64,000 bases of DNA. It comes from a virus (lineage: Duplodnaviria > Caudoviricetes). The stretch lies in the IMG/VR virus record IMGVR_UViG_3300042358_000005, positions 32,001 to 96,000 of that record. The stretch is one strand, 5' to 3'. Position numbers and translations under genes: made by a program. Within the stretch, counting starts at the first letter, position 1, and every line of letters begins with the position of its first letter. Below, in pieces: positions 11,301 to 23,300 of this stretch. Below the pieces are notes generated by a model. The model searched no databases and had not been told where the DNA came from. It worked only from the letters and a program-made list of their open reading frames with translations.

Positions 11301-11715
11301 AGAGAAAGCAAAATCTATTACAAAGGAAACACAAAGAGAAGCTATTGGATCTATTGCTGACAAGACTCTTCAACATGAAGCTCGTAATTTAGAATATAAT
11401 ATTAAGAGTAACTTGTTCCCTAAATTTGGATATGATCCTTCTGGTAAAATACATACGCAAGGACCATGGTTCCAACCAAACATCCCACAAGTATATGGTA
11501 GTAACGCAACGTTATCTCAAGTTCCTATATATGGTGCTGATGGTAAAATAACAGGTTACCAATTGCAACCCTATGATCCTAATGCTACAACAACAGATAC
11601 AACAACATTAGCTTCTTATGCAACACCTGGTGTAGTTGCTGCTAAAAAGAATGGAGGATCAGTTGTTAAAAATGCTAAGAACAGTTCAGTTGTTAAAGCA
11701 TACAAAAATTTATAA
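8359..11715 (+). CDS. Probable ejection/cargo protein with a Gly-rich hydrophobic segment
   Basis: 1118-aa ORF; GPSHNNDGV…EGEGGE motif, glycine-zipper-like stretch, many xQxGG-type motifs; lies between tail and RNAP genes as in crAss-like phages. Confidence 0.65.
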   Translation: MKAQILKIAGVKSEKEFYKKYPSEKAFMKQHGKAFKKAQIGAMMDNNNNGIPDAVENPNNTSALGAPGFGQTANYADTLGYQSQPSYLPKPPMPVDDNYTPMVEGYPRQSFTDAEIAKQNEQIIDPSTNEKQKGPGFNMTGAANVVTGTKEGLDALTAEQKLTDKMRTWANVSDVIKEAGISNAYLQKEPNKWLRADDPRFTHNIGELYRPQGRGSDVISQNGSSIGGNPTEIQNTYSDGVTLYDDLGYAPLDANEYNNDANNVKAFQGGGGFGSWFGQATNSLGGDSAKGFMGNMGGGSPFDSMIGGAFGNNAGSKIGGSIGSVFGPVGSLVGTAIGGYADKEGGKQAFAQSRINSNQSFLNRLSATGGIHNQFSQVTQNGGDLAMYEEGGYMNPEYNPQVIAMFGDHNAQDFADYAHKDVARAGGHLKEYTAPSNRAMETFALGGKLQSHWGGNVEDISYNPYMPGSGKTAMINGPSHNNDGVGISYGNPQNGYNEGYAANGAEMKAQIEGEGGEPVIEMAEGGNINPQTGEQETSAVVAGNIPVSLDMAKLTENPDLIRIATDNPNHTFKKIIASYSNGENKANKLKEQAADISNEADKTKWGKLDEQTAFIKDKSGDMELKRIAKDKMLLANYQNVLHKIKDEISQAKGKNISAEALGKGLIEIDKDPITKNAPLTQTAKFGASLMKAQNSATITPTDGAPRLTQEQYNKLVSLYEQGKKDKKSPAIKEFQHLYHQFFPKEAVEAIQKTTKERGVTSKGKQMGLTKEDILSGKDTGRILESNEDEFFGPRTIQYMSNINTDFNKTPPTKDLQLKGLGTPSTTGETSTKSPIDVVPYKGNRIGEIAGLVSSLFQNNRLPGIDPRQFAKEYLAMATNAVEPVQSQRLQQQLDPLYRVSYEDIRNQTTADFREAERQLAGNPAALASLYSKKFMANQPGYAEEFRTNQAIEDKIFGGNRAKINQTAAANIQLDAAQRDLQEKAKSITKETQREAIGSIADKTLQHEARNLEYNIKSNLFPKFGYDPSGKIHTQGPWFQPNIPQVYGSNATLSQVPIYGADGKITGYQLQPYDPNATTTDTTTLASYATPGVVAAKKNGGSVVKNAKNSSVVKAYKNL

Positions 11716-11755
11716 CCAATTTAATTATAAAGAATTACCAAAATTGATTATTAGT

Positions 11756-11787
11756 TTTGGATAATTTAATAATTCATATTACATTTG
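11756..11787 (+). promoter_or_regulatory. Bacteroidota primary-sigma promoter (-33 TTTG, -7 TACATTTG)
   Basis: TTTG 11756-11759, 20-nt spacer, TACATTTG 11780-11787, in the gap before ATG 11795. Confidence 0.7.
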
Positions 11788-11794
11788 CTTAATT

Positions 11795-14395
11795 ATGGCT
11801 TCATACACAGACACAGTTCCTAAGTTCAACCCCTACGTGAAACAATTACCTATTGAGGCAATGGCTGAAGTGGGTATGTACAAACAACAGAAGTACGACG
11901 AAGGAATACAGAAAATACAAACAAACATTGATAACATCGCTGGACTTGATGTTGTTAGAGATGTAGATAAAGCATATCTACAATCTAAACTTAACCAACT
12001 TGGTAATAACCTTACCACAGTTGCAGCTGGTGATTTCTCTAATTTTCAATTGGTTAATTCTGTTAATGGAATGACTAATCAGATATCTAAAGATCCTAAT
12101 GTATTAAATGCAATATCATCTGCTAAGACTTATAGAAAAGGATTAGAAGATATGGCTGCTGCTAATAAAGATGGTAAAGGATCAGCATCTAACGATTGGT
12201 TGTTTAGAACTGATGCTAGTGGTTGGTTAGATAGTCAAGATGTAAAAAAATCTTTCAGTGGTGGATATAAGCCATATACTAATTACTCAAAGAATGCATT
12301 AGAGGTTATTAAATCATTAGCTAAGAATGAGACCAACAGAGATGTTGCTATTGAAACTGATGCCAATGGTAACACTGTTGTATTAGATGCCATTACACGT
12401 ACAAAGATTGCTGGTATAACTCCTGAGAGAATACAGTCAGCATTGATGGTAGGTCTTAGTCCTAATGACTTTCAACAAATGCAGATTGATGGTAGATACA
12501 ATTATTCAAGTGCATCTCCTGAACAGTTTGTTTCTGATATAAATAAATCATATAAAACTGATTACGATAAATATAAACAACAAAGAGATATATTAGCCAA
12601 CTCTATAGATTCAACTAATTCAGTTCTTGTAAAAAGAAAACTGCAGGAACAAGTTGCTTCATTAGATAAATCATTAAATGGTATATCCTCTGAGTATGGA
12701 AATATAACTAAGTCATTTGCTACTGGTGATGTAGAATCTGCTAAGGCTAGATTACATACTACCAAATGGATGAATAACTTCTCACAAACATTTGCAAATC
12801 AAGAAACATCTCAGACATACGAAAGTAGTCCATTCCAACAAGTTAAACAGTTTAAAGAAACTAAGAAACAAGATTGGAACAAATTTATATTAGGTTATAA
12901 CCAAGATGAAAGGTTTCATCAAGATGATGAGCATTGGAAATCAGAAGCTAATAAATTAGCTGTAAAAAAAGAAGCAAGAGAAGCTGCTGGAGAAGCAGGA
13001 TATGGAGGAGTTCCTTTTTCTGTAGATCAATCTACACTTCCAGAAGTAACATTGGATAAACTTAGAACTGATATAGCTGCTGATGAAATTAATATTGATA
13101 AAGCTGACACTGCTATAATGAAACAGTTTGGTAAAGCTGGCAATGCTGAATGGTTAGATCAACAATTAAAAGCATGGCAAAACTCTCCAGGATCTGTTGA
13201 CCCTTTACTTGCAGCTCATTTTAATAGAACAGCAAGTACAAAAAGAGATATTTTAACTAACTCAGCTATGATAACTGACATTAGTAAACAAGCTGATGAT
13301 GCGTATGGTGAAGTGTATGATAATATTCCTGCTGGTTCTAAACCTGTAACTATTAATTTTCCTAGTGGTTCTTATACATACACACCTAGAGAAATGGTTG
13401 ATTTTAATGATAAAGTTAAAAGATATCAAAAAGTTACTTCTGGTGGTTCATATGGTCCAGGTGGTGGTGCTCCTACAATATCTTATGATGATGCAAAAGC
13501 AAAGTCAGAACTTTCTGCTAAAGAATATTATTTATATAAAGCACAGAAAGAACAAAAAAGTCCTACGCAAAAAACACTTATGGACAATTTAAGATATTAT
13601 AACACCAATGTAAATATGCCATTCCAAAAAACTATAAGAGATAAAAATGATTTTGTAGCAGGTGAAGTTAAATCAAGAATAATGGCAATGCAAGGAGCAG
13701 AGTATGGAGTGGCATTAAATAATGAAGCACAAAAAACTTCATTTGGAAATGCTCTTCAGGGGATGGCAGATCTTGCAGATAAACAAGGAGGAAAATTACC
13801 ATATTCTCCAGAAATGAATACATCAACATTAAGAGAGATAGCAGCAGATGTTCAGAATGCAAATGTAAGAATTGTTGAAGGAACTAGATATGCTCCTGCA
13901 ACATATGAAATTACAGCAGCAACTAAAGGAGGAACTACACAAACGTTTAGAGTTCCTGCAGAAGTATATAGATCTGTGTTTGGAAATAGATTTGAAGCTG
14001 ATCCTGCTATACAAGCAGCTCGTCCTATATTAAATCAAATGATTAGAACAGGAGCTGGAACCACAGCTATTGATGGAGGAGTGACAACACCTGCAAATTC
14101 TTTCTTAGGAAATTTAGATTTTCCAAATAGACAATATTATGGAGTTTCAGGAAATGTTGTACAAGACCAATCTAGTGGACTATATTCTGTTAGAATAAAT
14201 TTAACTGACCCTATCACTAAAGAAATAGTAGTTAAAAATCTTGCTTATCCAAGCGGAGGACTTATTGAAGAAAATAAAATAGCTCCTGCTCTTCAAGGCT
14301 TAACAGATTCTAAAATATTTCAAATGATATATAATAGAAATCCAACAGCTAAAGAATTAGAATTAATAAAACAAGGATCACAAAACCCACAATAA
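11795..14395 (+). CDS. Probable internal virion/ejection protein
   Basis: 866-aa helical-looking ORF (FNPYVKQLP…KQQKYDEG), coupled by TAATG to the RNAP gene. Confidence 0.6.
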   Translation: MASYTDTVPKFNPYVKQLPIEAMAEVGMYKQQKYDEGIQKIQTNIDNIAGLDVVRDVDKAYLQSKLNQLGNNLTTVAAGDFSNFQLVNSVNGMTNQISKDPNVLNAISSAKTYRKGLEDMAAANKDGKGSASNDWLFRTDASGWLDSQDVKKSFSGGYKPYTNYSKNALEVIKSLAKNETNRDVAIETDANGNTVVLDAITRTKIAGITPERIQSALMVGLSPNDFQQMQIDGRYNYSSASPEQFVSDINKSYKTDYDKYKQQRDILANSIDSTNSVLVKRKLQEQVASLDKSLNGISSEYGNITKSFATGDVESAKARLHTTKWMNNFSQTFANQETSQTYESSPFQQVKQFKETKKQDWNKFILGYNQDERFHQDDEHWKSEANKLAVKKEAREAAGEAGYGGVPFSVDQSTLPEVTLDKLRTDIAADEINIDKADTAIMKQFGKAGNAEWLDQQLKAWQNSPGSVDPLLAAHFNRTASTKRDILTNSAMITDISKQADDAYGEVYDNIPAGSKPVTINFPSGSYTYTPREMVDFNDKVKRYQKVTSGGSYGPGGGAPTISYDDAKAKSELSAKEYYLYKAQKEQKSPTQKTLMDNLRYYNTNVNMPFQKTIRDKNDFVAGEVKSRIMAMQGAEYGVALNNEAQKTSFGNALQGMADLADKQGGKLPYSPEMNTSTLREIAADVQNANVRIVEGTRYAPATYEITAATKGGTTQTFRVPAEVYRSVFGNRFEADPAIQAARPILNQMIRTGAGTTAIDGGVTTPANSFLGNLDFPNRQYYGVSGNVVQDQSSGLYSVRINLTDPITKEIVVKNLAYPSGGLIEENKIAPALQGLTDSKIFQMIYNRNPTAKELELIKQGSQNPQ

Positions 14396-17300
14396 TGGCA
14401 GAAAATAATCTAGAATCAAAAGACATTGCTCAAGCTGGAAAAGAACTAGGTCCTGTACCTACGCACTTAGATGTTCAGACACCATTGTTGGATAGACTTG
14501 ATCTTGAAAACCAATTTGGTGGATATGAGGCACCTAGTGCTCCATCACCTTTACCTACATATAGTAGTCCAGAGAATGTATATGAAGCTCCAACTATATT
14601 GTCTTCAGATAGACAAGAGGAAGGAGAATCTTTAAAATCACTTGAGAATTTCTTACTTACTAAAAGTGATACTAAACCAGGAGGAAGTATAACTAGAACT
14701 CTTGCTGAAGTGTCATCTAATAGATATGATAACTTTGTTCCTGGAGATTATAATAATGAGGATGCATATGCACAAGGACAAGGGTTTGGATCAAAGATGG
14801 TTAATGGTGTAGGTAAAGGACTTTTGCTTACTGGTACAACTTTCCTACAAGGTACAGTTGGACTTGTCAATGGATTAGCTAGATGGGGATCAGATGGTAG
14901 ATTTGCATCATTCTATGATAATGAATTTAATAGAAACTTAGATGATATAAATAAGAAAGCAGAAGATGCTCTTCCAAACTTCTATACAGATAGAGAAAAG
15001 AATGGCAAGTGGTATTCTCCTGATTACTTTATGACAGGTAACTTCTTATGGGATGGTATCGTTAAGAATATGGGATTTGCTGCTGGTGCTTATTTAACTG
15101 GAGGAGTTTACTCAGCTGGATTAAAAGGACTTGCTTCACTTCCAGGTGCTTCAAGATTATTATCTATGGGTAGAGCAGCTGAGGCTGTTGCTGCATCAGA
15201 AGAAGCATTGATAGGACTTGATAAAGGTTCTGAAGCTTATGGTAAAATAAAAGCATTATCTGATTCATATTTAAAACAATATCAAATTCTTGACAAAGGA
15301 CATAGAGCTGTTGTAGCTGGTTTGTCTACAAGTGGAGAAGCTGGATTTGAAGCATATCAGAATCTTAATGATTTTAGAAATCAAAAGATAGAAGAATATA
15401 AAAATTTAAATGGTGGTGTAGCTCCACAAGGAGCAGATCTTGCAAAGATAAATGCATTAGCTGATGGTGTTGGTAACTCTTCGTTTGCAGCAAATGTTGC
15501 ATTGCTTAGTGCTACTAACTACATTCAATTTCCAAAGATCTTAGGATCTTCTTACAGTGCTGAGAAAGGAATAATGAATAATGTAACTAGAGAGATAGGA
15601 GACATTACAGAAGTTGCTGGTAAGTATGCTGCAAAAGAAGGTAAGAGTAAACTATTAAATACTTTCAATACAGTTAGACCGTACCTATTCTCTACATCTG
15701 AAGGATTTGAAGAGGGAGCACAGTATGCAATACAGATGGGTGTTAAAGATTATTATAATAAAAAATATAATAATGTTGCCACTGATTGGTTAGATGCTGT
15801 ATCTACTGGTATTACTGAAACTGTTGGTACAGATGAAGGAGCTAAGAATATTCTTATTGGTGGATTGTCTGGTGCATTAATGATGGCCAAAGGTACATAT
15901 AAACAAGGAAGAGAAGAATCTGCAAACACAGCTAAAGCTATTGAGCAATTCAATCAATTCAGATTATCGGACTTTACAAAAGAAACAATTGATTCTGTTA
16001 ATAGAGGAACTGTTCTTCAACAAGAAAGAGAAAAACTTTTGAAAGAAGGTAATATCTCTGATAGTAAAGATAAAGAAACAGACTACATAATTAACTACCT
16101 AACTCCTCGTATTAAGTTTGGTAGATTTGATCTTGTAACCTCAGAGATTGCTGATTATAGAGCACTAGCTAGTTCAAAAACTGGATTTGATCAATTAGTT
16201 GAAGATGGGAAAGCTCTTCCTACAGATACAAGAGAAGCATACTTAGCTAGATTAAATAGCTTTGAACAAACAGCTAATAATGTAAAATCATTATATCAAT
16301 CTCTTAACTTACGCTATGGAGCAAAGGTTAATGCAGAGGGTAAACAATTGTACACTCCTGCTGTAGTTGATAAAATGATATATGCTGCAACTAAGATTTC
16401 AGACTATGAACAAAGAATACCAGGTTTATCTACTAAGCTTATTACTAATGTTGATAATGTAAGTCAAATTCTTCAAGATGTTTCTGAAGGTAATCTAGAT
16501 TCTTTCAATGGTGCTATGTCTAAACTTGAAGGAAGTAAACTTGTTAATAAAGAAGATTTAATTGAAGCATTAGATGATGCTGCATATATGACTATGAAGA
16601 GAGATATTCTATTAAAAGAATATGACTCAATGAAAAAGTCTCCTGAAAATTTTCAAGAACAAACACAATCATTCGAAGAAATACAAGCAGACGCTGCATC
16701 TAAGGAAAAGATTAAAGTTAATACTAAGAATGGTGAAAGAGAAGTTGAGATAGGTACAGAGTATGTACTTGGAAAAGTGACTGAATACTCTGCAGGTGGT
16801 AGAGAAGTTTATCGTCAACCTAGACTTACTATATTAGCTAAGAATGAAGATGGTACTATCAAGATCAAAACTTCTAATGGAGTTATCAAAGATATTAGTG
16901 AAGATGAGTTGAATAGTTATAGTCTTACGCCAGCTAGCAAGATGCTTACTGATAAGAAGTTTAACTACTTTGAGAAACATCAGAACACTGTTTTCCAACA
17001 CTATGGTATTAAGAAAAAGAATGGTGATCCTGTACAAGGTAGATTAGAATACAATGACAAGAAAGGTAAGCTTACATTTGTATATGTAGATGAGAATGGT
17101 GAAGTGCAAAAAGAAGAAGTTTGGAATACATTGTTCAAAGCTCAAGGAGAGTATAAATATCCTATGATTAGACGTCTTGGTAATCTTACTGCTGCACAAG
17201 ATAAAGCTCAATTAGAATTTGAAAATACTGAGACTACTGTATCAGATAAACTTCAAACAAGAAATAGAATCATTAGAGATCTTTATGAAACCAGTGTTAA

Positions 17301-20300
17301 ACGTCTTGATGAAATAAACAAGAAGTTAAACAATAGTAAAGCATCTCTTGAGAAAGAACAATTACGTTTAGAAAATGAAATATCTAAAGAGAGTGTAACT
17401 AAAACAGGAGCATTACGTAAGAGACCTACTACCACTCTTAAACAATTAACTAATACGTTGGGTAACCTACGTAGTGTTGTTGAAAAAGAAAATAAAGCAT
17501 TGTTATCAGAGAAACAAGAATTAGAAGCATCTATTCCTTATTTTAAAGAATTCTTAGATAGTCTTAGTACTCTTCCAGAAGCTGGAGCTAAGATGATTAA
17601 ACAAATTAAAGATGACATCAATGCATTAGAAGAACTTATTGATATAACTAATGATGCAATTGTTGCAAGTGATAAGTTATTAAAACAAATAGATGACTTG
17701 CTACAAAAAGCATTGTCTATATTTGATGACTATCTTACAAGATTAAAAGAAGAGAATCCTAACACTCCATTGTTTATTGAACAATTAAAAGAAAATATAG
17801 AAAAATATCTAGGTGAAGAAGGAGCAAGAATGTTTGTTGAAGATAGATTAGGATTCACTGAGAAAGTATTAGAATTAGAATCTGATATCAATGACTTTTC
17901 AGCTGAATTAAAAATTCCTGAATTGTCTAAGAAAGCAGATAGACTTGTTGAAGATATAAAAGAACTTAGAGAAGGACTTGATAATCTTATCAATGAGCAA
18001 ATAGCAAAAGGTAAGATCTTGGATACATTCCAACAGTTTGCAGAAGATGAGAAAGCAAGAGAGGCTGAAGAAAAACAGATGCGTGACAATGAAGCATTAA
18101 AAAAATCTTTCCTTGGTACGCTTACTAATTCTGTACAAAACTTCTTTGGTACAAGACCATATGAAGCTGCTAGCAAAAAGACTGATCTTGGTGTAGTAGG
18201 TAGTACAAAACCAACTAAAGATGAAATTCCTCACCAAGAGAGAGTGAACTTCTTTGGTAATAAGATTGATTCATTTGAAAACAAAGATCAACTTAAAGGA
18301 GTGATTGTTACAGCTAATACTGAGAATGAAATAATTGCAGGACTTACAGAAGATTTTCTTAAAGATATGCCAGAGGGTCCTAAGAAAGATAAAGCTAGAG
18401 AAGAGATTATATTTCTTGTAATGGTGCAAGATAATAATGATAATAGTTTCTCTGTAGTGGATCAAACTGGACAACCTATACTTGAAGATGAGAATAAAAT
18501 AAACAATGCTATTTATCAAGTGTTTCCATCTGCTGATCTTATGGGAGAATACGATGGTGTAAAATCATCTATGTTTAGAGAAGGTATCAATGATGTATTA
18601 AAAGAATCTCTAACAAATCAATATGTTGAATGGAGAGCTGAACAATTAGATAAACCAACATTAGGAGATGCACAGTCTGTATCTGCTTCATTTGGTCAAC
18701 CAAAACTTGTTACATATAAAGATCAAGCAGGAAATGATATTGTTGACAAAGGAGCAAGAACTTCTGCACAAGCTGCAGGACTTGTAACTCAATCAGGTCT
18801 TAGAAAAAATCCTATAGTAGAAGTTGCTGTTACTAATGAATCTGTATCTGAAGGATCTGTAACATTTGAATCTCCTACAGGTAGAGTATTCTTAAGATTA
18901 CCAGGAAGAGGACTAGCTAAATTATTCAATAGAAAGTTTAACGATAAAGAAGCTAATACAATATTTGATGTAATGCATCAAATCACAAAGAATGCTTTAA
19001 GGGATGGTGAGATAAATGATAGTTCTAAAGAATTATTCAATTGGTTAAAATCTGTAACCTATTGGGGTATAGCTAAGTATCCTGATGGAAAAAGAAAAGC
19101 TGCAGGTTATAACAACATTTGGTTTGAAAAAGATGGTGAAGGAGTTTTAAGACTATTCATGTCAGGATTAAATAAAGATTCTAAGAAAGCATTTGAATTC
19201 ACTCCTACAGGAATGCAGGACAATAAAGAAGCTATTGTAATGTTATTGAAAGAGATGTATAATAATACAGACTCTGTAAAAGTTAATGGTGATGGTTGGA
19301 GTAATCCATATTATGAAATTACAAATATTGATAGTGAAGGAAATCCTGTAACAAGAGAATGGCCTAACTACCAAACTTATTTATTATCAGATAAAGCTCC
19401 TGATGCTAATGGTAAACTATCTATAGATAGAACTAATAAAGAACTTCCATTAGCTACACAATTCAGACCTATTACAGAAAGTCAACCTATCAATAGAGAA
19501 GGAATTTATTTTTCATTAGATGATTCAGGTTCAAGATTTAAAAAACCTCAACCAGTTGCTATAGTTGAACAGCCAGTTGTTGCACCAGCTGCAATCACTG
19601 TACCAGCAACTAAGGAATTTAATGATGATGGTGAAACACCAAATACAATAGTTCATGATACGTATGGTGATATAGTTTTCACTTTAGATAAAGAAGGTGA
19701 AGTAAAACTAGATCTAGAAGGATCAACTAATGCAATTGTTGAACTAGCAAAAAAGAAAACTGCTACTGGATCATCACAAGAAGAAGCTGAAAACTGGGCT
19801 GGTGTAAATTTAGTTAAATCTATAAAGAGTAAACTAAGTGTACCTGCTGTAGTGACCACTGTTGAACCAGCAATTGAATTTAATAACACAACACCTGTTG
19901 TAATAAATAATGACTTAGGAACGATTGTATACACTGCTGATAAAGATGGTAAGGTTACATTAGATTTAGAAGAATCTGCGGATGCTATTATGAAATTAGC
20001 TGAAACTAAAGTGGGTCCAACAATGACTCAAGAAGAAGCAGAAAATTGGGCAGGAGTTAACTTAACTAAATCTATTGAAAAGAAAATAGCTGGACAGTTA
20101 GTTCAACAACAAGTTCCAGTTCTTCCTCCAGTTGCTGATGTAGCTCCTATAATAGAAGCTCCTGTGCAAACAGAAGAAATAATAGAAGAAGCTCCTAAAG
20201 CAATAGAAGAAGGAGATGTTGATTGGAATACACCTGCTAAACCTAAAGGTAAAAAGAAATTATACAGACTACAAGTGTTAGATCAAGTTAGTAAAATAAC

Positions 20301-23300
20301 AACAGAAGATTGGGCAAATGTAGAAAAGTTCATTGCTAAGGTGATGCCAAATATTCCTTTATACAGAGTGAAGAATATCATTCAAGCTACCAATGGTAGA
20401 CAAGCTTATGGTATGCTTCATGATGCTGCTATATATGTATATGAAGGTGCTGAGGTTGGAACTGCTTACCATGAGGTATTTGAAGCTGTGTGGAAAATGT
20501 TTGCTGGACCAGCTGAGAAACAACTTATTATTGATGAGTTTAGAAATAGAAAAGGAAGTTATGTAGATAGATTTACAGGAGAAACTGTAGAATATTCTAA
20601 AGCAACTAATGAACAATTAAAAGAAGAACTTGCTGAAGAATTTAGAGAAGCTGTATTAGAAGGAAAATCTGTTGATAGATCTGAGAAGTATCAAGGTAAA
20701 TCTTTAATAGGAAAACTATTTAATGATATGATTAACTTTATCAAAGAGTTTTTCTATGGTAAGAATGCTGCTGCTAATACACAAGCTCTATTTGATAGAA
20801 TTGGTAATGGATACTATGCACAATACAATCCATTTGAAACAAAATTATCATATGCTAATAGTGGTATAATAGATATCAACCAAGTTACTGCTACAGATGA
20901 ATCTGAGTATAGACTTAAAATTAAAAACATTCCTGCTAAACAAGTACATGACATTATTCAACAAATGACATACAGTACACTTTCTAATTTAGCTGAATCT
21001 AAAAAGAGTTTGTTTGAGGTACAAAAACCTAAGAGAGGTGAATTGTACAGTAGACTTAAAAGAGAAGTGTTAGAAGACTGTATAATAGCATCTAGAGATG
21101 AGTTATATGAATCTGTAGCTAGGAAAGAACAAACACTTGAGCAAATCACTCCACAGATAAATAACTTAAAAGATTTATTTGATAAAATCAAAGAAGAGTG
21201 GCCTGCTATTGTTGAGAAACATGAGGAGCATCTTAAGTCTTATTCTATTGAGTTTGATGAAAATGATGATCTTAATATAAATGATGAAGACAATTCTGGT
21301 AAAGGAGATTATGTAAATGCTAGACAAGTTGATTCTTTCAGAAAAGCTAACAGTGTAATCAAACTTTTATTAGCTACATTACCTAAAACTAAATTACTTA
21401 AAGGTGAGATAGTTCCAGAGGTTTCTACAATAGGTGGTGTTATGTTAATGCCTGCAGATCAAGCATTTATAACATTGATGAATACATTACATTCTTCTGT
21501 GAACATAGATGATATGTTTAATAGATTGAGAACAATGGCTAAGGCTAATCCAAACTATGATGTATTGTACAGACGTTTAACTAATGATAGTGCTCTTGAT
21601 AAGCCAATTAATTTTGATTCATTGCAACAACATGATTTACAATTAATGACAGCTTTCTGGAACTCTATGAAGAAACAGAATGCAGATGTTGTTACAGTGT
21701 TTGTACTTCCTTCTGGTGAAGTGGTAATTGGTAACTCTGCATTAAGTGGAGCTGCTAGACAAGCTAAACGTGAGATGTTAAATAATATCACTGAAGGAAT
21801 TAGAACTGATAAGACTAACTATTTCTACTATGATAAAAAATCTAAAAAATATAATCCTAAAGAATTAGTAAAAAGAATTAGTTTTAACTCAGGTCAATTA
21901 GGACAGTATGTTGCATTCTTACAAGGAGTGGGTATAGACTTTAAACTATCTGATCTTGAAGATAAAACTAAAATAAATCCTGATCAACTTAGATTGTTCA
22001 GAAAAGCTGTAGAAGGAATTCAACAAAGTTTCTCTAATCTAGAAGATATTTCAACTCTTACAGCTAAGACATTAAATATTGATAAACGTCTTACACAATT
22101 AGGAACAATAAAAGCTATACTTGAAAATCCTGATTTTGAAAGTACATATTTCAATATCAATGGAGAGCGTACACAATCTTTTATTGGAACTAATTCTATT
22201 AGTGCTATGCATGATGTACTTTCTCAATTGACTAATATCAAACAATTAGGTGATACAGTTAAAGGATATGCTGCATACAATTATCTATTAACAGATAAAT
22301 TTGCTAAAGGATCTGTGATGCTATCTAAAATGTTTGATCTTGCAGAAGATGGTGATGGTGGACGTGTAGCTGGTACAGAAGATCTTATGAAGCCTGTGTT
22401 TGTTGATGGAACAATTGATGAGCAAAATGGAAATAAGAAAGAGAGTTCTAAACTATCTGCTAAACAAAGACTTGTTCAAGAAATGAATCTTAATTCAGGA
22501 GGTATATTCTTAAACCTTGTACCTGGAGATGCTTCTATTGAACATGCTATTAAAATGTATAATGATGATAGTCCTTTTGTTACAGATGAAGCATTCAGTA
22601 ATGGTAAGTACTTAGATATATTTAGAGATTATTTTACATCTGAAGTGGAATTATCTAGAGATAAAAGAACAGTTGTTACAGGTAGATCTGCAACAGACCT
22701 TCGTTTCTTCAAAGCTATATTAGGAGATGCATTACATAATAAAATTATGTCTAAGACTAATTCTAAAAAATCTTCAGAAAAAGTATATGAAGAAAACAAA
22801 AAAGAAATAGACAATGCTGTTAAAGCTTTCATTATTAAAGAAGCAGAAGACACAGAAGTTCTTCTTAGAAACTATGGTATTGTAACTACAACTGCTGAAG
22901 GAATAGAAACTGAAGGATTGTTACTTACTGAGGACAAAGAAATTAGTCAAAAAGAATTAGCTGATAAATTAAAAGTGTTATCAGTTAACTATATGATAGC
23001 TAATATTGAAATGCATAAACTTATTTATTCTGATCCTTATCAGTATTCAGATGAGTTGAAACGTATTAAAAACTTTAACTCTCCTAGACAAGCATTGTTA
23101 TATGGATCTATTAAAGTTAATGCTGCATTGAATAATAAATACAATGAAGGATATGAAATAGATGATATAGGATATACAGACATGAACGTAGATCATTTTG
23201 TATCTACTGTAATGGAAGATGTGTTCTCTACAGATGAGCTTGATGAATATCTTAAACCATATGAAGAAACAGATGGTGGTGGATATATTACAGCAAAAGC

